From contig JBLWGC010000175.1 in assembly GCA_048772705.1 (NCBI GenBank), positions 1 through 17,374 on the forward strand: a stretch of 17,374 nucleotides of DNA. Direction: 5' to 3'. Of this stretch, positions 7,824 to 15,818 are shown piece by piece. The first letter of the stretch is position 1. The number at the start of each line of letters is the position of its first letter. Position numbers and translations under genes: made by a program. The DNA is from Leidyana gryllorum EB-2025a (taxonomy: Eukaryota; Protista; Apicomplexa). The notes under the pieces were generated by a model. The model was not told the origin of the DNA. It worked only from the letters and a program-made list of their open reading frames with translations, and made no database searches.

Positions 7824-7905
7824 CGACAAGGGTGAGATTCGAATTCACGCGGGTAACACCCAACGACTTAGCAGGCCGCCGCCTTCACCGCTCGGCCACC
7901 TTGCC
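7824..7905 (-). tRNA. trnS-GCU: tRNA-Ser(GCT), G53A variant
   Basis: GCGGC-CTGCTAA-GTCGT; type II; G73. Confidence 0.8.
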
Positions 7906-8000
7906 GCGACTGTAACTGATTACACCTTCCCTCGGGCACCCCGTGCGAACTGTTGTAGGAAGAGGAGGGTCTCTCTACTAACCTCTGAAACATTGTAAGG

Positions 8001-8073
8001 GGTCTTGTAGCTCAGGCGGCAGAGGGTGTGGCTGTTAACGGCAAAATCGCAGGCTCGGAACCTGCCAGGAGCG
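8001..8073 (+). pseudogene. tRNA-Asn(GTT), damaged
   Basis: paralog of 1107-1179 with many substitutions. Confidence 0.8.
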
Positions 8074-8117
8074 CTTTCAGAGGCACGCTAGACACTGACT
8101 GCGCTGCTCTCGCAATG

Positions 8118-8167
8118 GCAATTGTGGTCTGCGACCCTTCAAAGATGGTGAGATCCCGGCACGTGCA
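8118..8167 (+). pseudogene. tRNA-Gly(TCC)-derived relic
   Basis: paralog of 1224-1281. Confidence 0.6.
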
Positions 8168-8180
8168 GCCGTACGTACCC

Positions 8181-8254
8181 TGGACGACCTGGGCATCGAT
8201 CCCATTATCTCTCGCACGCTAAGCGTAGCGAGCTACCATTTGAGCTAGTCGCCC
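8181..8254 (-). pseudogene. tRNA-Ala(AGC), damaged
   Basis: 1-nt insertion in anticodon stem, D- and T-stem mismatches. Confidence 0.8.
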
Positions 8255-8370
8255 ATTTAGCAAACCCCAGTACATCCATTTCTTTTTTACATGGTATGAC
8301 CAATCTCCCAACTACATCGATCACTTTCACCTGTTTGTGCTCCACTTTGCACAAACGAAGGCACGCAGGA

Positions 8371-8443
8371 AACGACTAGAGGGACTCGAACCCTCAACCT
8401 TTGCCTTAGGAGGGCAACGCGCTCTCCATTGCACCACAACCGC
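8371..8443 (-). tRNA. trnR-CCU: tRNA-Arg(CCT)
   Basis: TTGCC-CTCCTAA-GGCAA; G:U-rich acceptor stem. Confidence 0.85.
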
Positions 8444-8541
8444 ATTCGGGACGCATCCGACTTTTGAGTGGGACAGAACCGGCTGCCCAAGGTGTCTCCT
8501 CTTTCACCCAACCAGTATCGAGATGGCCGAAGCCTATCCAT

Positions 8542-8614
8542 GGTGCGGTGGCCTAATGGATAGAGCATCGGTCTTCGGAACCGGGAGTTGTGGGTTCGAG
8601 TCCCATCCGCATCA
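8542..8614 (+). tRNA. trnR-UCG: tRNA-Arg(TCG)
   Basis: GGTGCGG/CCGCATC; TCGGT-CTTCGGA-ACCGG. Confidence 0.88.
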
Positions 8615-8691
8615 TAGCCTGTCACTCGGAAGACGTTCCGTTTCAACCGAGGCAAGCTTGCTAGCTGCAAGGCAGCCGCTGCCAAGCATGT

Positions 8692-8760
8692 CGAGTTGAA
8701 GTGCTAGTGGTATCAGTTTCCTTCGTCCGTGAAAGTGCTCGATTCGATCCGCAGACAGCT
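8692..8760 (+). pseudogene. highly decayed tRNA-Pro-like relic
   Basis: CTAGTGGTAT...TTCCTTCG...TTCGAT...ACAGC. Confidence 0.5.
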
Positions 8761-8811
8761 GGAAGTAGAAATTGCCCGAGTCTCTCGGGGTGCTGCAGAT
8801 CTTTCGCAATT

Positions 8812-8882
8812 GCACTTGTGGTCTAAGGGTAAGATGCGACCCTTCCAAGGTCGTAACCCGGGTTCGAGTCCCGGCAGGTGCA
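8812..8882 (+). tRNA. trnG-UCC: tRNA-Gly(TCC)
   Basis: CGACC-CTTCCAA-GGTCG; intact. Confidence 0.93.
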
Positions 8883-8947
8883 GCCGTATGTAGCTCGAAC
8901 CACCTGTCTATAGGTGAAGAGAGGGCGACTCAATACAACTCAACGGT

Positions 8948-9027
8948 TGACAAGAGTGGGATTCGAACCCACGCCCTTTCGGACTGCGGCCTTAACACAG
9001 CACCTTAGACCACTCGGCCATCTTGCC
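8948..9027 (-). tRNA. trnL-AAG: tRNA-Leu(AAG)
   Basis: CTGTG-TTAAGGC-CGCAG. Confidence 0.9.
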
Positions 9028-9122
9028 GGAGCGTCCTTGGCTCGCCACTTTACACGCTTTCTGACTGTGAAGTCTCGAGAACGGAGGACTTTTGGGGTTG
9101 AAGGCCGGAGTATCCACGAGCG

Positions 9123-9194
9123 TCCGAGATAGTATAGTGCTTAGTATTTCCGCCTCTCACTCGGAAGACCCGGGTTCGATTCCCGGTCTCGGAG
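9123..9194 (+). pseudogene. tRNA-Asp body with CTC anticodon
   Basis: TCCGC-CTCTCAC-TCGGA; also G19C and G39T. Confidence 0.7.
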
Positions 9195-9247
9195 ACACTT
9201 CGTTCTTCCGCTTTAGATTTCGTGGTGCTCACCTGACAAACGCGAGT

Positions 9248-9320
9248 TACAGCCACCGAGGATCGAACTCGGGACCTTCTGCGTGTTAGGCAGACGTCGT
9301 GACCACTAGACCATGGCTGC
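9248..9320 (-). tRNA. trnV-AAC: tRNA-Val(AAC)
   Basis: TCTGC-CTAACAC-GCAGA; intact. Confidence 0.92.
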
Positions 9321-9383
9321 AGCGAAGGTCCCGCAGACCAAGAGAAGTGGCGAGGTTTCACGAATAAGTGGAGACCAGTTTCG

Positions 9384-9455
9384 AGGTCGCGCCGGGAATC
9401 GAAGCTAGGTCGCGAGATTTAGAGTCTCCAGTGCTAACCACTACACCAAGTAACC
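9384..9455 (-). pseudogene. tRNA-Gln body with amber (CTA) anticodon, damaged stems
   Basis: GGAGA-CTCTAAA-TCTCG; acceptor and T-stem mismatches. Confidence 0.75.
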
Positions 9456-9562
9456 GATCCAGTCCTTCCCAAAAAAGAGTTGATAGAGCCATCCGGACTA
9501 GCCCTCCTCAACTGGGCACATGCAACACACATCTCTCTACTGACCTTTGAAATAATGTAACT

Positions 9563-9622
9563 GACTCTTGTATCTTAGTCGGCAGAGTGTGTCATTGTAA
9601 CATACAAACTCGGAAATCCGGG
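9563..9622 (+). pseudogene. tRNA-Asn-like relic
   Basis: TCTTGTA..TAGTCGGCAGAGTGTGT; same slot as other Asn relics. Confidence 0.55.
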
Positions 9623-9733
9623 CTCTGAGGCAACCTTCACACATACTGCGATGCCCAGGTCTGTCCAATCGTTACAGGGCACAATTATCTCAGCTCGGGA
9701 AATAAATAGCGGCAGGTGCAGCCGTACGAAGTA

Positions 9734-9806
9734 TGGACGACCTGGGCATCGATCCCAGTACCTCTTGCATGCTAAGCGAGCGCTCTACCATTTGAGCTAG
9801 TCGCCC
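9734..9806 (-). tRNA. trnA-AGC: tRNA-Ala(AGC), one anticodon-stem mismatch
   Basis: paralog of 4773-4845. Confidence 0.82.
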
Positions 9807-9893
9807 GTTGCGCAGACCCCATCGCATGTGTTGGTTCTCAAATATTATGACCACTCTCGCGACTGTGCTCACCGCGTTGCACGACCGACAGGC

Positions 9894-9965
9894 GGCTGTT
9901 TGGTCTAGTGGTATGATTCTTCCTTCGGGTGGAAGAAGTCCTGGGTTCGGTTCCCAGAACAGCCC
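9894..9965 (+). tRNA. trnP-CGG: tRNA-Pro(CGG), A58G
   Basis: paralog of 4934-5005. Confidence 0.8.
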
Positions 9966-10075
9966 GTCTGATAGTTGTTGACTCAATGCCACGTCTCTCA
10001 CTCGTACAATCCCGAATGAAGTCCAGACCAGCTGAGACAAAATCTGAGTTGCACCAGTTGTGAGGGCTGGAACTG

Positions 10076-10147
10076 CTCCGAGACCGGAAATCGAACCCGG
10101 GTCTTCCGCGTGACAGGCGGGAATACTAACCCCTATACTATCTCGGA
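10076..10147 (-). tRNA. trnD-GUC: tRNA-Asp(GTC), C61T
   Basis: TCCGAGA/TCTCGGA, G73. Confidence 0.8.
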
Positions 10148-10241
10148 CGCTCCGAACACACCGGCCTGAAACCCCAAAAGTCCTTCCATCTTGAGATTCC
10201 AGGGACAGAAAACGCGTGGAGCGGCGAGCCAACAACATCCC

Positions 10242-10321
10242 GGCAAGATGACCGAGGGGTCTGAGGCGCTGTGCTCAGACCGGAGTCCGAAAGGTCGTGG
10301 GTTGGAATCCCACTTTTGTCA
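10242..10321 (+). pseudogene. tRNA-Leu(CAG), damaged
   Basis: T-loop TTGGAAT; several stem mismatches. Confidence 0.75.
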
Positions 10322-10356
10322 GGTTGCCCCCAACCGGGAAAAACATAGAGTCCGGT

Positions 10357-10428
10357 TGAGCCCAGAGTGATTCGAACACCCAACCTTCTGATCTGGAGTC
10401 AGACGCGCTACCGTTGCGCCATAGGCCC
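10357..10428 (-). tRNA. trnW-CCA: tRNA-Trp(CCA)
   Basis: TCTGA-CTCCAGA-TCAGA; followed by T5 on the minus strand. Confidence 0.93.
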
Positions 10429-10456
10429 AAAACCATCCCCCGTTCCAGACTCATTT

Positions 10457-10511
10457 ACCGGCAATCGGCCGGCGTGACATTCGAAAATAGTAACCACTAT
10501 CCTATCTCGGA
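10457..10511 (-). pseudogene. tRNA-Asp relic
   Basis: GCGTGACA...TAACCACTATCCTATCTCGGA. Confidence 0.65.
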
Positions 10512-10591
10512 GCCTCTGAACACGCCACGGACATTCCATTCGTTCAGAAAACGGCCGTTACCGTGTACGAGCTTCAACAACAAGGTGTGAC

Positions 10592-10662
10592 GCATCTGTG
10601 GTCTAGTGGTAGAATGTCTCGTTGCCATCGAGGCGACCCGGGTTCGATTCCCGGCAGATGCA
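10592..10662 (+). tRNA. trnG-GCC: tRNA-Gly(GCC)
   Basis: GCATCTG/CAGATGC; TCTCG-TTGCCAT-CGAGG. Confidence 0.94.
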
Positions 10663-10727
10663 GAGGACACATGGTTGCTTTTCCACCATTCAGAAATAAG
10701 GGTGTTTAACCCTCCAACCACATCGCA

Positions 10728-10809
10728 CGACAACTGCTGGATTTGAACCAGCGCGGGCCCGGCCCAGTAGATTTCTAGTCTACCCCCTTAACCACTCGGG
10801 CAAGTTGCC
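10728..10809 (-). tRNA. trnS-AGA: tRNA-Ser(AGA)
   Basis: GTAGA-CTAGAAA-TCTAC; type II. Confidence 0.93.
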
Positions 10810-10870
10810 GTTGTCGAACTTGGCATTTTGCGGCCAGTGGCTTCACATACGGTTCAGCAAGCTTTACTAG

Positions 10871-10942
10871 GACTGCTCGCGCCGCCCGAACCCGCGGTTC
10901 TCCCTTCAAAAGTCTTGTGCTCTACGACGGAGTTGGGGCGGC
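10871..10942 (-). pseudogene. tRNA-Lys(TTT) relic
   Basis: aligns to 5220-5292. Confidence 0.7.
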
Positions 10943-11040
10943 AAGAAAGCTCGGACTTGGTAACAAATTCCAGTCGTATTGATGGTGGAATCTTTCCGAG
11001 ACGGTTCGGCTCTCGGCCGAAGCCTAAACTCGAGCACTTG

Positions 11041-11113
11041 TCCACTGTAGTCTAAGTGGCTAGGATATGCGGCTTTCACCCGCACGATCCGGGTTCCAGT
11101 CCCGGCAGTGGAA
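11041..11113 (+). tRNA. trnE-UUC: tRNA-Glu(TTC), position-57 substitution
   Basis: TGCGG-CTTTCAC-CCGCA; T-loop TTCCAGT. Confidence 0.78.
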
Positions 11114-11173
11114 CTCCAGCTGAGTGTGCTTGTAGGCAACAGTTCCATTCTTACTCCCAGGGAAATAGATGCA

Positions 11174-11246
11174 CACCGCCCGCGGGGCTCCAACCCGCGA
11201 CTGCAAGATTAAGAGTCTTGCGCTCTACCGACTGAGCTAGGGCGGC
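11174..11246 (-). tRNA. trnK-CUU: tRNA-Lys(CTT), C56G
   Basis: CAAGA-CTCTTAA-TCTTG. Confidence 0.75.
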
Positions 11247-11322
11247 AGGAATGCAAGGACACAAAACCCGATAGCCCGACATCTTAAGTGGCTTTGGTAC
11301 CCACCAGCCTCACTTGAAGATT

Positions 11323-11395
11323 GTCCGGGTCGTCTAGGTGCTTACAACAGCAAGTTGTGGCCGTGCATACCCAGGCCCGAATCCTGGCTTGGATA
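11323..11395 (+). pseudogene. tRNA-His(GTG) relic
   Basis: GTTGTGGCCGTGC core; D and T arms decayed. Confidence 0.8.
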
Positions 11396-11514
11396 GTATG
11401 TCCCCGATGTCTCGAATGGGAGATGTGGGTGAAGTCTGTCCAGACCCACCATCGGGCGTAGCTGCCCATGTCGTCTTGATCGCTACACACTTCCATTTGA
11501 CGGCTCCGCTAGTC

Positions 11515-11587
11515 GGCGCTATTGCCTAATGGATATGGCATCGGTCTACGGAACCGGGGATTCTGGGTTCCAGTCCCAGTAGCGTCT
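11515..11587 (+). tRNA. trnR-ACG: tRNA-Arg(ACG), minor damage
   Basis: TCGGT-CTACGGA-ACCGG; T-loop TTCCAGT. Confidence 0.72.
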
Positions 11588-11688
11588 GGGCGAATGCCCG
11601 GGTTGCAGCCTGTTGAGTCAACAACTCAGATCCTGTCTTAGCTGTTCGGGATGGGTCGAGTGCCGTGTTGCGTCAACAACTATCAGAC

Positions 11689-11760
11689 GGGCTTTTCTGG
11701 GAATCGAACCCAGGACTTCTTCCACCGGAAGGAAGAATAATACCACTAGACCAAACAGCC
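11689..11760 (-). pseudogene. tRNA-Pro body with CCG anticodon
   Basis: CTTCC-TTCCGGT-GGAAG; D-stem and acceptor mismatches. Confidence 0.7.
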
Positions 11761-11849
11761 ACCTAGTCGGTGGTTCAACCCGCTGGGTACAGTCGAGAGA
11801 CTCGTCTCACTATGTGAAGTATCACTTAATGCCATGAGGTAGGCACAGT

Positions 11850-11921
11850 GGGAGGCTAGCCCAGATGATGAAACGGTGGCTTAGTATACGAAAGGTTCTG
11901 GGATTGATTCCCAGCCCATCC
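11850..11921 (+). pseudogene. tRNA-Ala relic
   Basis: inverted copy of 290-360. Confidence 0.7.
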
Positions 11922-11988
11922 GAACTACATAGATGGAACCCTCGCCGGAGTAGTCTAGTTGGCCTATCAACGCTGTCTGCCAAAACCA

Positions 11989-12056
11989 TTCGGTGTGACG
12001 GAACCGAACCGCCGACTATCTGATGCCAGCACTACAGTCAACTGAGCTTTCCCCGG
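11989..12056 (-). pseudogene. tRNA-Tyr(GTA) with intron, 12-nt deletion
   Basis: inverted copy of 127-206, same tgctggc intron. Confidence 0.85.
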
Positions 12057-12094
12057 CTGTCCAACTGCTCCGGGGTTCGAAAGGCTTAACCCCA

Positions 12095-12156
12095 GATCCT
12101 CGCCCTTTCGGACTCCAGTCTGAGCACAGCGTCTTGGGCAACTCGGCCATCTTGCC
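12095..12156 (-). pseudogene. tRNA-Leu(CAG) 3'-truncated
   Basis: inverted copy of 26-85. Confidence 0.8.
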
Positions 12157-12251
12157 GGCATGTTGTTGGCTCGCCCGCTTCACGCGTTTTCTGTGCTTGA
12201 CCTCTCAAAATGGAAGGACTTTTGGGGTTGGAGGGCGGCGTGTTCAGAGCG

Positions 12252-12323
12252 TCCGAGATAGTATAGTGGTCAGTATTTCCGCCTGTCACGCGGAAGACCC
12301 GGGTTCGATTCCCGGTCTCGGGG
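12252..12323 (+). tRNA. trnD-GUC: tRNA-Asp(GTC)
   Basis: TCCGC-CTGTCAC-GCGGA; U1:G72. Confidence 0.88.
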
Positions 12324-12375
12324 CACAGATGGCTTCGCTGAAGATTGTCTCCTGTGGTTGCCGCTGAAAGTTGCG

Positions 12376-12448
12376 AGCTGCCACCGAGGATCGGACTCGG
12401 GACCTTCTGCGTGTGAAGCAGACGTCGTAACCACTAGACCATGGCTGC
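12376..12448 (-). pseudogene. tRNA-Val(CAC), 3' deletion and T-loop change
   Basis: versus 16409-16481. Confidence 0.75.
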
Positions 12449-12510
12449 ACGGCAGGTCCCGCAGACCAAAGCAATGGCGAGGTTTTACGAAGTAGTGAGG
12501 ACTAGTTCCA

Positions 12511-12582
12511 AGGTCGCGAAGGAAATCGAACCCAAGTCGGGAGATTCAAAGTCTCCAGTACTAACCACTACACCACGCAACC
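12511..12582 (-). pseudogene. tRNA-Gln(TTG), T stem damaged
   Basis: versus 16545-16616. Confidence 0.7.
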
Positions 12583-12679
12583 GAATCAGCCCTTCTTCAA
12601 GAGTTGATTGAGCCATCCGGACCGGAGCTTCCCCACACATGCAAAACGGGTTTTTCTACTAACCTCCAAATATTCAACT

Positions 12680-12740
12680 GGCTCTTGTAGCGCAGTCGGC
12701 AAAGCGTGTGATTGTTAAATACCAAGTCGCAGGTCCGCGG
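12680..12740 (+). pseudogene. tRNA-Asn-like relic
   Basis: TCTTGTAGCGCAGTCGGCAAAGCGTGTG..TGTTAA..AAGTCGCAGGT. Confidence 0.7.
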
Positions 12741-12853
12741 TCTACGGCATCCTGGACCATATTGCGATGCCAAAGTCTATCCAAGGGCTACAGGGCACCC
12801 TTCATAGGTCGTAACTCGTGGCTAAATACCGGCAGGTGCCGTCGTACGAAGTT

Positions 12854-12926
12854 TGGACGACCTGGGCATCGATCCCAGTACCTCTCGCATGCTAAGCGAG
12901 CGCTCTACCATTTGAGCTAGTCGCCC
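12854..12926 (-). tRNA. trnA-AGC: tRNA-Ala(AGC)
   Basis: intact. Confidence 0.94.
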
Positions 12927-13014
12927 GCTGTGCAGACCGCATCGCATTTCCTGGTTCTCGACATAGTATGACCACTCTCTCGACTGCACCCAACGGATTG
13001 CACCACCGACAGGC

Positions 13015-13086
13015 GGCTGTTTGGTCTAGTGGTATGATTCTTCCTTCGGGTGGAAGAAGTCCTGGGTTCGATTCCCAGAACAGCCC
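13015..13086 (+). tRNA. trnP-CGG: tRNA-Pro(CGG)
   Basis: intact. Confidence 0.94.
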
Positions 13087-13162
13087 GCTTTGTTGTATCT
13101 TGACCCAACCTGCCTGGCAGCATGGTTCTGGGTTCGGGTGATTCCTCGGAGAAAGTCGGAGG

Positions 13163-13234
13163 GGGAGTGTAGCGCAGTCGGTAGCGCGTAGGTCTCATAA
13201 TCTTGAAGTCGAGAGTCGATCCTCTCCACTCCCA
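13163..13234 (+). pseudogene. elongator tRNA-Met(CAT), 1-nt T-loop deletion
   Basis: GAGAGTCGATCC versus GAGAGTTCGATCC. Confidence 0.7.
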
Positions 13235-13278
13235 CGGTCGGAATCGAAACCGCCGACAAACTCATCATGCTATCGTTT

Positions 13279-13349
13279 TGCATCTGTCGAGAATCGCACA
13301 CAGGTTATCTCGATGGCAGCGAGCGACTCTTCCACTAGACCACAGATGC
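13279..13349 (-). pseudogene. tRNA-Gly(GCC) relic
   Basis: paralog of 6737-6807. Confidence 0.8.
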
Positions 13350-13415
13350 AGAACACGATCTTGTGAATCTTGCGCGTGGTGACAGCCATTCTTCTTAAGC
13401 CTATCGATGCATCAA

Positions 13416-13487
13416 AGCCTTCTGCCGGAATCGAACCGGCGACTTCTCGCTTACGAAGCGAACGCTCTGCCCCTAAGCTAAGAAGGC
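13416..13487 (-). tRNA. trnT-CGU: tRNA-Thr(CGT)
   Basis: TTCGC-TTCGTAA-GCGAG; intact. Confidence 0.93.
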
Positions 13488-13618
13488 AACTTAGCTGGAG
13501 AATCATGTGGCAGCTGTATCGCCAAAGTTAGCCGGGTGCCACGTGCACGGCGGGCTGTCCCGCGCGCATCGTGGGGGCATGCTGGGATGAAGTCGCAGGT
13601 TGTCCTGACTACAACGCC

Positions 13619-13698
13619 TGACAAGAGTGGGATTCGAACCCACGCCCTTTCGGACTGCGACCTGAACACAGCGCCTTGGACCACTAGGCCATCTTGCC
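13619..13698 (-). tRNA. trnL-CAG: tRNA-Leu(CAG)
   Basis: CTGTG-TTCAGGT-CGCAG. Confidence 0.88.
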
Positions 13699-13792
13699 GA
13701 AATGTTGTTGGCTCGCCGCCCCACGCGTTTTCTATCCGTGGAATCTCAAAATGGAAGAACTTCTGGGGTTGGAGGCCGGCGTATCCAGAGCG

Positions 13793-13863
13793 TCCGGGAT
13801 AGTATAGCGGTTAGGATTTCCGCCTATCACGCGGAAGACCAGGGTCGATTCCCGGTCTCGGAG
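13793..13863 (+). pseudogene. tRNA-Asp, ATC anticodon, T-arm deletion
   Basis: TCCGC-CTATCAC-GCGGA; GGGTCGATT. Confidence 0.75.
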
Positions 13864-13916
13864 CACAGTTCGTTTTTCCGCTTCAGATTTCGTGGTGCTC
13901 AGATAAGGTTTCGAGC

Positions 13917-13989
13917 TACAGCCACCGAGGATCGAACTCGGGACCTTCTGCGTGTGAAGCAGACGTCGTAACCACTAGACCATGGCTGC
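13917..13989 (-). tRNA. trnV-CAC: tRNA-Val(CAC)
   Basis: TCTGC-TTCACAC-GCAGA; intact. Confidence 0.93.
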
Positions 13990-14109
13990 GCGGAGCTTTC
14001 GGACTGTGAAAGGGGCGTGTGTCTCTGGAAACAGGTATCTGATGAGGGGCGAAAACCACGGAATGCTATGAGGTCTGCACAGCGGGCGACTAGCTCAACA
14101 AGATATTAT

Positions 14110-14180
14110 GCATCTGTGGTCTAGTGGTAGAATGTCTCGTTGCCATCGAGACGACCCGGGTTCGATTCCCGGCAGATGCA
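14110..14180 (+). tRNA. trnG-GCC: tRNA-Gly(GCC)
   Basis: intact. Confidence 0.94.
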
Positions 14181-14257
14181 GAAGACACAGTTGGTTTTCC
14201 CACCATTCCAGGGATTCACGCTTGAGTTGGGTGTCTGACCCCTCCGATCACATCGCA

Positions 14258-14337
14258 CGACTGCTGGATCTGCACCAGCCCGGCCCAGGCCCTGTAGAGA
14301 TCAAATCTTCTCCCCTTCCCCACTCGGGCAAGTTGGC
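14258..14337 (-). pseudogene. tRNA-Ser relic
   Basis: CTGCTGGAT...CACTCGGGCAAGTTG, paralog of 10728-10809. Confidence 0.75.
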
Positions 14338-14434
14338 AACTGTCGAACTTAGTAACAGATTCCATCCGTATTCGTCGTAGAATGTTGGGGCTTCTTCGGG
14401 TCGAGGGCAACTCTGTATCACAGATCCACTGCCT

Positions 14435-14508
14435 TGGTCACGCCCGGGCTCGAACCGGGGACCTTGAGCTTATTAGGCTCACGCTCTAACCGACTGAGCT
14501 ACGCGACC
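14435..14508 (-). tRNA. trnI-AAU: tRNA-Ile(AAT)
   Basis: GGTCGCG/CGTGACC; TGAGC-CTAATAA-GCTCA. Confidence 0.94.
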
Positions 14509-14627
14509 GCCTCCGACGACAGATGGCACCGATGCACTTACTTGATGCCTCTGCGTCGCCACTGCAATCCTTAGCATGTACTGCTGGTGTTTTGAGCCCA
14601 GCCGCCTACTCCGATGATCGCAGCACA

Positions 14628-14709
14628 CGACAACTGCTGGATTTGAACCAGCGCGGGCCAGGCCCAGTAGATTTCTAGTCTACCCCCTTAACCACTCGGG
14701 CAAGTTGCC
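14628..14709 (-). tRNA. trnS-AGA: tRNA-Ser(AGA)
   Basis: intact. Confidence 0.93.
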
Positions 14710-14770
14710 GCTGTCGAACTTGGCATTTTGCGGCCAGTGGCTTCACATACGATTCAGCGAGCTTTACTAG

Positions 14771-14843
14771 GACTGCTCGCGCCGCCCGAACCCGCGGTTC
14801 TCCCTTCAAAAGTCTTGCGCTCTACCGACGGAGTTGGGGCGGC
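14771..14843 (-). pseudogene. tRNA-Lys(TTT) relic
   Basis: paralog of 10871-10942. Confidence 0.7.
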
Positions 14844-14977
14844 AAGGAAGCTCGCCCCGTACCGAGGAAGGCACAGGATTCCACGATCAATACAAATGGA
14901 ATTGGTTACTAAGTCCGAATTTGTATCAGAGATCCACTCACTTGGTCACGCCGACATACCAGCCTCACTTGAAGATC

Positions 14978-15049
14978 GTCCGGGTCGTCTGGTGCTTACA
15001 ACAGCAAGTTGTGGCCGTGCATACCCAGGCCCGAATCCTGGCTTGGATA
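14978..15049 (+). pseudogene. tRNA-His(GTG) relic
   Basis: paralog of 11323-11395. Confidence 0.8.
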
Positions 15050-15171
15050 GTATGGCCACCGATGTCTCGAATGGGAGATGTAGGTGAAGCCTGTCCAAAC
15101 CCACGATCGGGCGTAGCTGCCCATGTCCTCTCTGGATCGCTACACACTTCCATTTGACGGCTCCGTTAGTC

Positions 15172-15244
15172 GGCGCTATGGCCTAATGGATATGGCATCG
15201 GTCTACGGAACCGGGGATTTTGGGTTCGAGTCCCAGTAGCGTCT
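15172..15244 (+). tRNA. trnR-ACG: tRNA-Arg(ACG)
   Basis: TCGGT-CTACGGA-ACCGG; GGTTCGAGTCC. Confidence 0.9.
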
Positions 15245-15358
15245 GGGCGAATGGTCGGGTTGTAGCCTGTTGAGTCAACAACTCAGATCCTGTCTTAGCT
15301 GTCAGGGACATTGTCTCGGGATGGGGCGAGTGCCTTGTTGCGTCAACAACTATCAGAC

Positions 15359-15430
15359 GGGCTGTTCTGGGAGTCGAACCCAGGACTTCTTCCACCCGAA
15401 GGAAGAATCATACCACTAGACCAAACAGCC
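15359..15430 (-). tRNA. trnP-CGG: tRNA-Pro(CGG)
   Basis: intact. Confidence 0.92.
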
Positions 15431-15446
15431 CCCTGTGGGTGCCTCA

Positions 15447-15484
15447 GGTACTGGCAGGTTCCAAACCTGCGGCTTCGTGGCTAA
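15447..15484 (-). pseudogene. tRNA-Asn 3'-half relic
   Basis: paralog of 3032-3065. Confidence 0.55.
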
Positions 15485-15522
15485 GAGACTTACCGCTTGC
15501 AGGTGCCTAGTCGATGCAGTCG

Positions 15523-15594
15523 AGCCTTCTGCCGGAATCGAACCGGCGACCTTTCGCTTACTAAGCGAATGCTCTGCCCCTAAGCTAAGAAGGC
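15523..15594 (-). tRNA. trnT-AGU: tRNA-Thr(AGT)
   Basis: intact. Confidence 0.93.
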
Positions 15595-15683
15595 AATCCA
15601 GGCCGAAGATCAAGAATCAGTCACTATTGACGGGGATTAGTGAGGCACTTTGCTCAAGTATTCCACTGACTTCAACCACTGAC

Positions 15684-15754
15684 TTCCACTGCCGGACTTG
15701 AGCCCGGAGCTTGCGGGTGAGGCCGCATATCCTAGCCACTCAGACTACAGTGGA
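15684..15754 (-). pseudogene. tRNA-Glu with two 1-nt deletions
   Basis: anticodon loop shortened. Confidence 0.8.
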
Positions 15755-15818
15755 CAACATTCCTCAGCCAAGGCAGCTAGTCAGCCAAATCATCGAAGTA
15801 AAGTGCTGAGCATTTGGC

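Larger units (their letters stand above)
11689..12180 (-). repeat. inverted copy of 1-523 (psiLeu-Tyr-psiAla-Pro)
   Basis: ACTACATAGATGGAACCCTCGCC is the revcomp of 265-287. Confidence 0.9.
12157..13349 (+). repeat. ~1.2 kb block Asp-Val-Gln-psiAsn-Ala-Pro-eMet-psiGly, direct repeat of 16191-17374; partial copies near 7130-7720 and 9030-9965
   Basis: spacers align base for base with scattered substitutions. Confidence 0.9.
14958..15430 (+). repeat. block psiHis-Arg-Pro, direct copy of ~11304-11760
   Basis: near-identical spacers. Confidence 0.9.

Noticed and set aside
13793-13863. Functional Asp(ATC) rare anticodon
   Set aside because: Accompanied by a T-arm deletion and stem mismatches; best explained as decay
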